Positions 8,370 to 8,769 of a stretch of 8,769 nucleotides of DNA are shown here, piece after piece (within the stretch, counting starts at the first letter, position 1; every line of letters begins with the position of its first letter). Position numbers and translations under genes: made by a program. This stretch comes from Anthoceros angustus (Eukaryota; Plantae; Anthocerotophyta): the NCBI GenBank assembly GCA_010909165.1, contig VJWM01000427.1, positions 1 through 8,769 on the forward strand, written 5' to 3'. The notes beneath the pieces are model-generated. The model was not told the DNA's origin, did not search any database, and was given only the letters and a program-made list of their open reading frames with translations.

Positions 8370-8383
8370 TTTTCCTAGTAGTG
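8370..8383 (-). repeat. CACTA terminal inverted repeat (single copy); outside flank TCT at 8384-8386 is the candidate 3-bp target site
   Basis: + strand ttttcctagtagtg = reverse complement CACTACTAGGAAAA, matching the CACTA(C/G)-N-A-G-A-rich plant CACTA terminus. Confidence 0.9.
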
Positions 8384-8769
8384 TCTTGCTTCCTCAACCT
8401 CCCATCATGCATCCTTCACGAGTTCACAATGGGTTTCCTCTAAAGCATCTTCCCTCGTTCCTCCTTTATGAGCGATTCTAGTCTAGCTACGGCTATCCTC
8501 TGATCGTTCTCCTCCATGATCACATGGTAGGTACTTCAAATTCCACGGGCATCACGGTGACATGCCATCGTTAGATAATAAGGGTCTTCTTGGTGGTTAC
8601 CTTCTCCAGCGGTCCAAGCCCACGATGCAATGCAACAGCATCCCAATCATACATGCGTTCGATTACCTTGGTGAGGATTGTGCAACCCATTGTCTTCTCC
8701 GTCAATCCATTCGCTTTGGGGTTGTAGGTCGTCTTCGATGCGAATGTTGAAATAGGTGGTTAGGGACTC
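8384..8769 (-). pseudogene. Ty3/gypsy (Tat-like) integrase, C-terminal half of the catalytic core, frameshifted and interrupted by the CACTA end
   Basis: 8726-8691 = YNPKANGLTEKT (catalytic Glu in the P-x-x-NG-x-x-E motif). Then TILTKVIE, YDWD, EKVTTKKT(P)YYLT(Y)GM at ~8606-8560 and MPVEFEVPT at 8552-8526, matching the TPF-x-L-x-YG-x4-MP-x-E pattern of gypsy integrases. Confidence 0.9.

Larger units (their letters stand above)
3840..8383 (-). mobile_element. CACTA (En/Spm) DNA transposon, apparently non-autonomous and one-ended in this window; left boundary approximate
   Basis: Terminal CACTACTAGGAAAA on the - strand at 8383-8370, about 400 bp of adjoining subterminal 9-mer repeats, internal tandem repeats and TnpA/Ptta-like coding remnants. 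Beyond 8383 the sequence switches abruptly to integrase. Confidence 0.82.

Overview
This is plant nuclear repeat DNA made of nested, frameshifted transposable elements, all coding on the - strand. I see no intact host gene, RNA gene or CRISPR array. (1) About 1-3720 is a Ty3/gypsy (Tat-like) gag-protease fragment: retrotransposon gag-like domain, an array of CCHC-like knuckles, a retropepsin with LDSGSGVNLM / ILRMAD / LIGRPWL motifs, then a long unassigned linker. (2) About 3840-8383 is a CACTA (En/Spm) element with one intact terminus (CACTACTAGGAAAA, 8370-8383), 9-bp subterminal repeats, internal tandem repeats and a degenerate, apparently spliced TnpA/Ptta-like gene. No TnpD transposase or second TIR is visible. 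(3) 8384-8769 is the end of a Ty3/gypsy integrase core, cut by the CACTA terminus. Most ORFs in the supplied track are antisense shadows or out-of-frame pieces of these. The sequence does not support a new biological system. The points most worth checking are a same-strand cluster of DRE/CRT-like RCCGACAT motifs in the CACTA, the TnpA-only structure, the multi-knuckle Gag and the TIR-less, LTR-less CACTA-gag junction. All protein assignments come from manual translation across frameshifts and motif recall, not from database searches.
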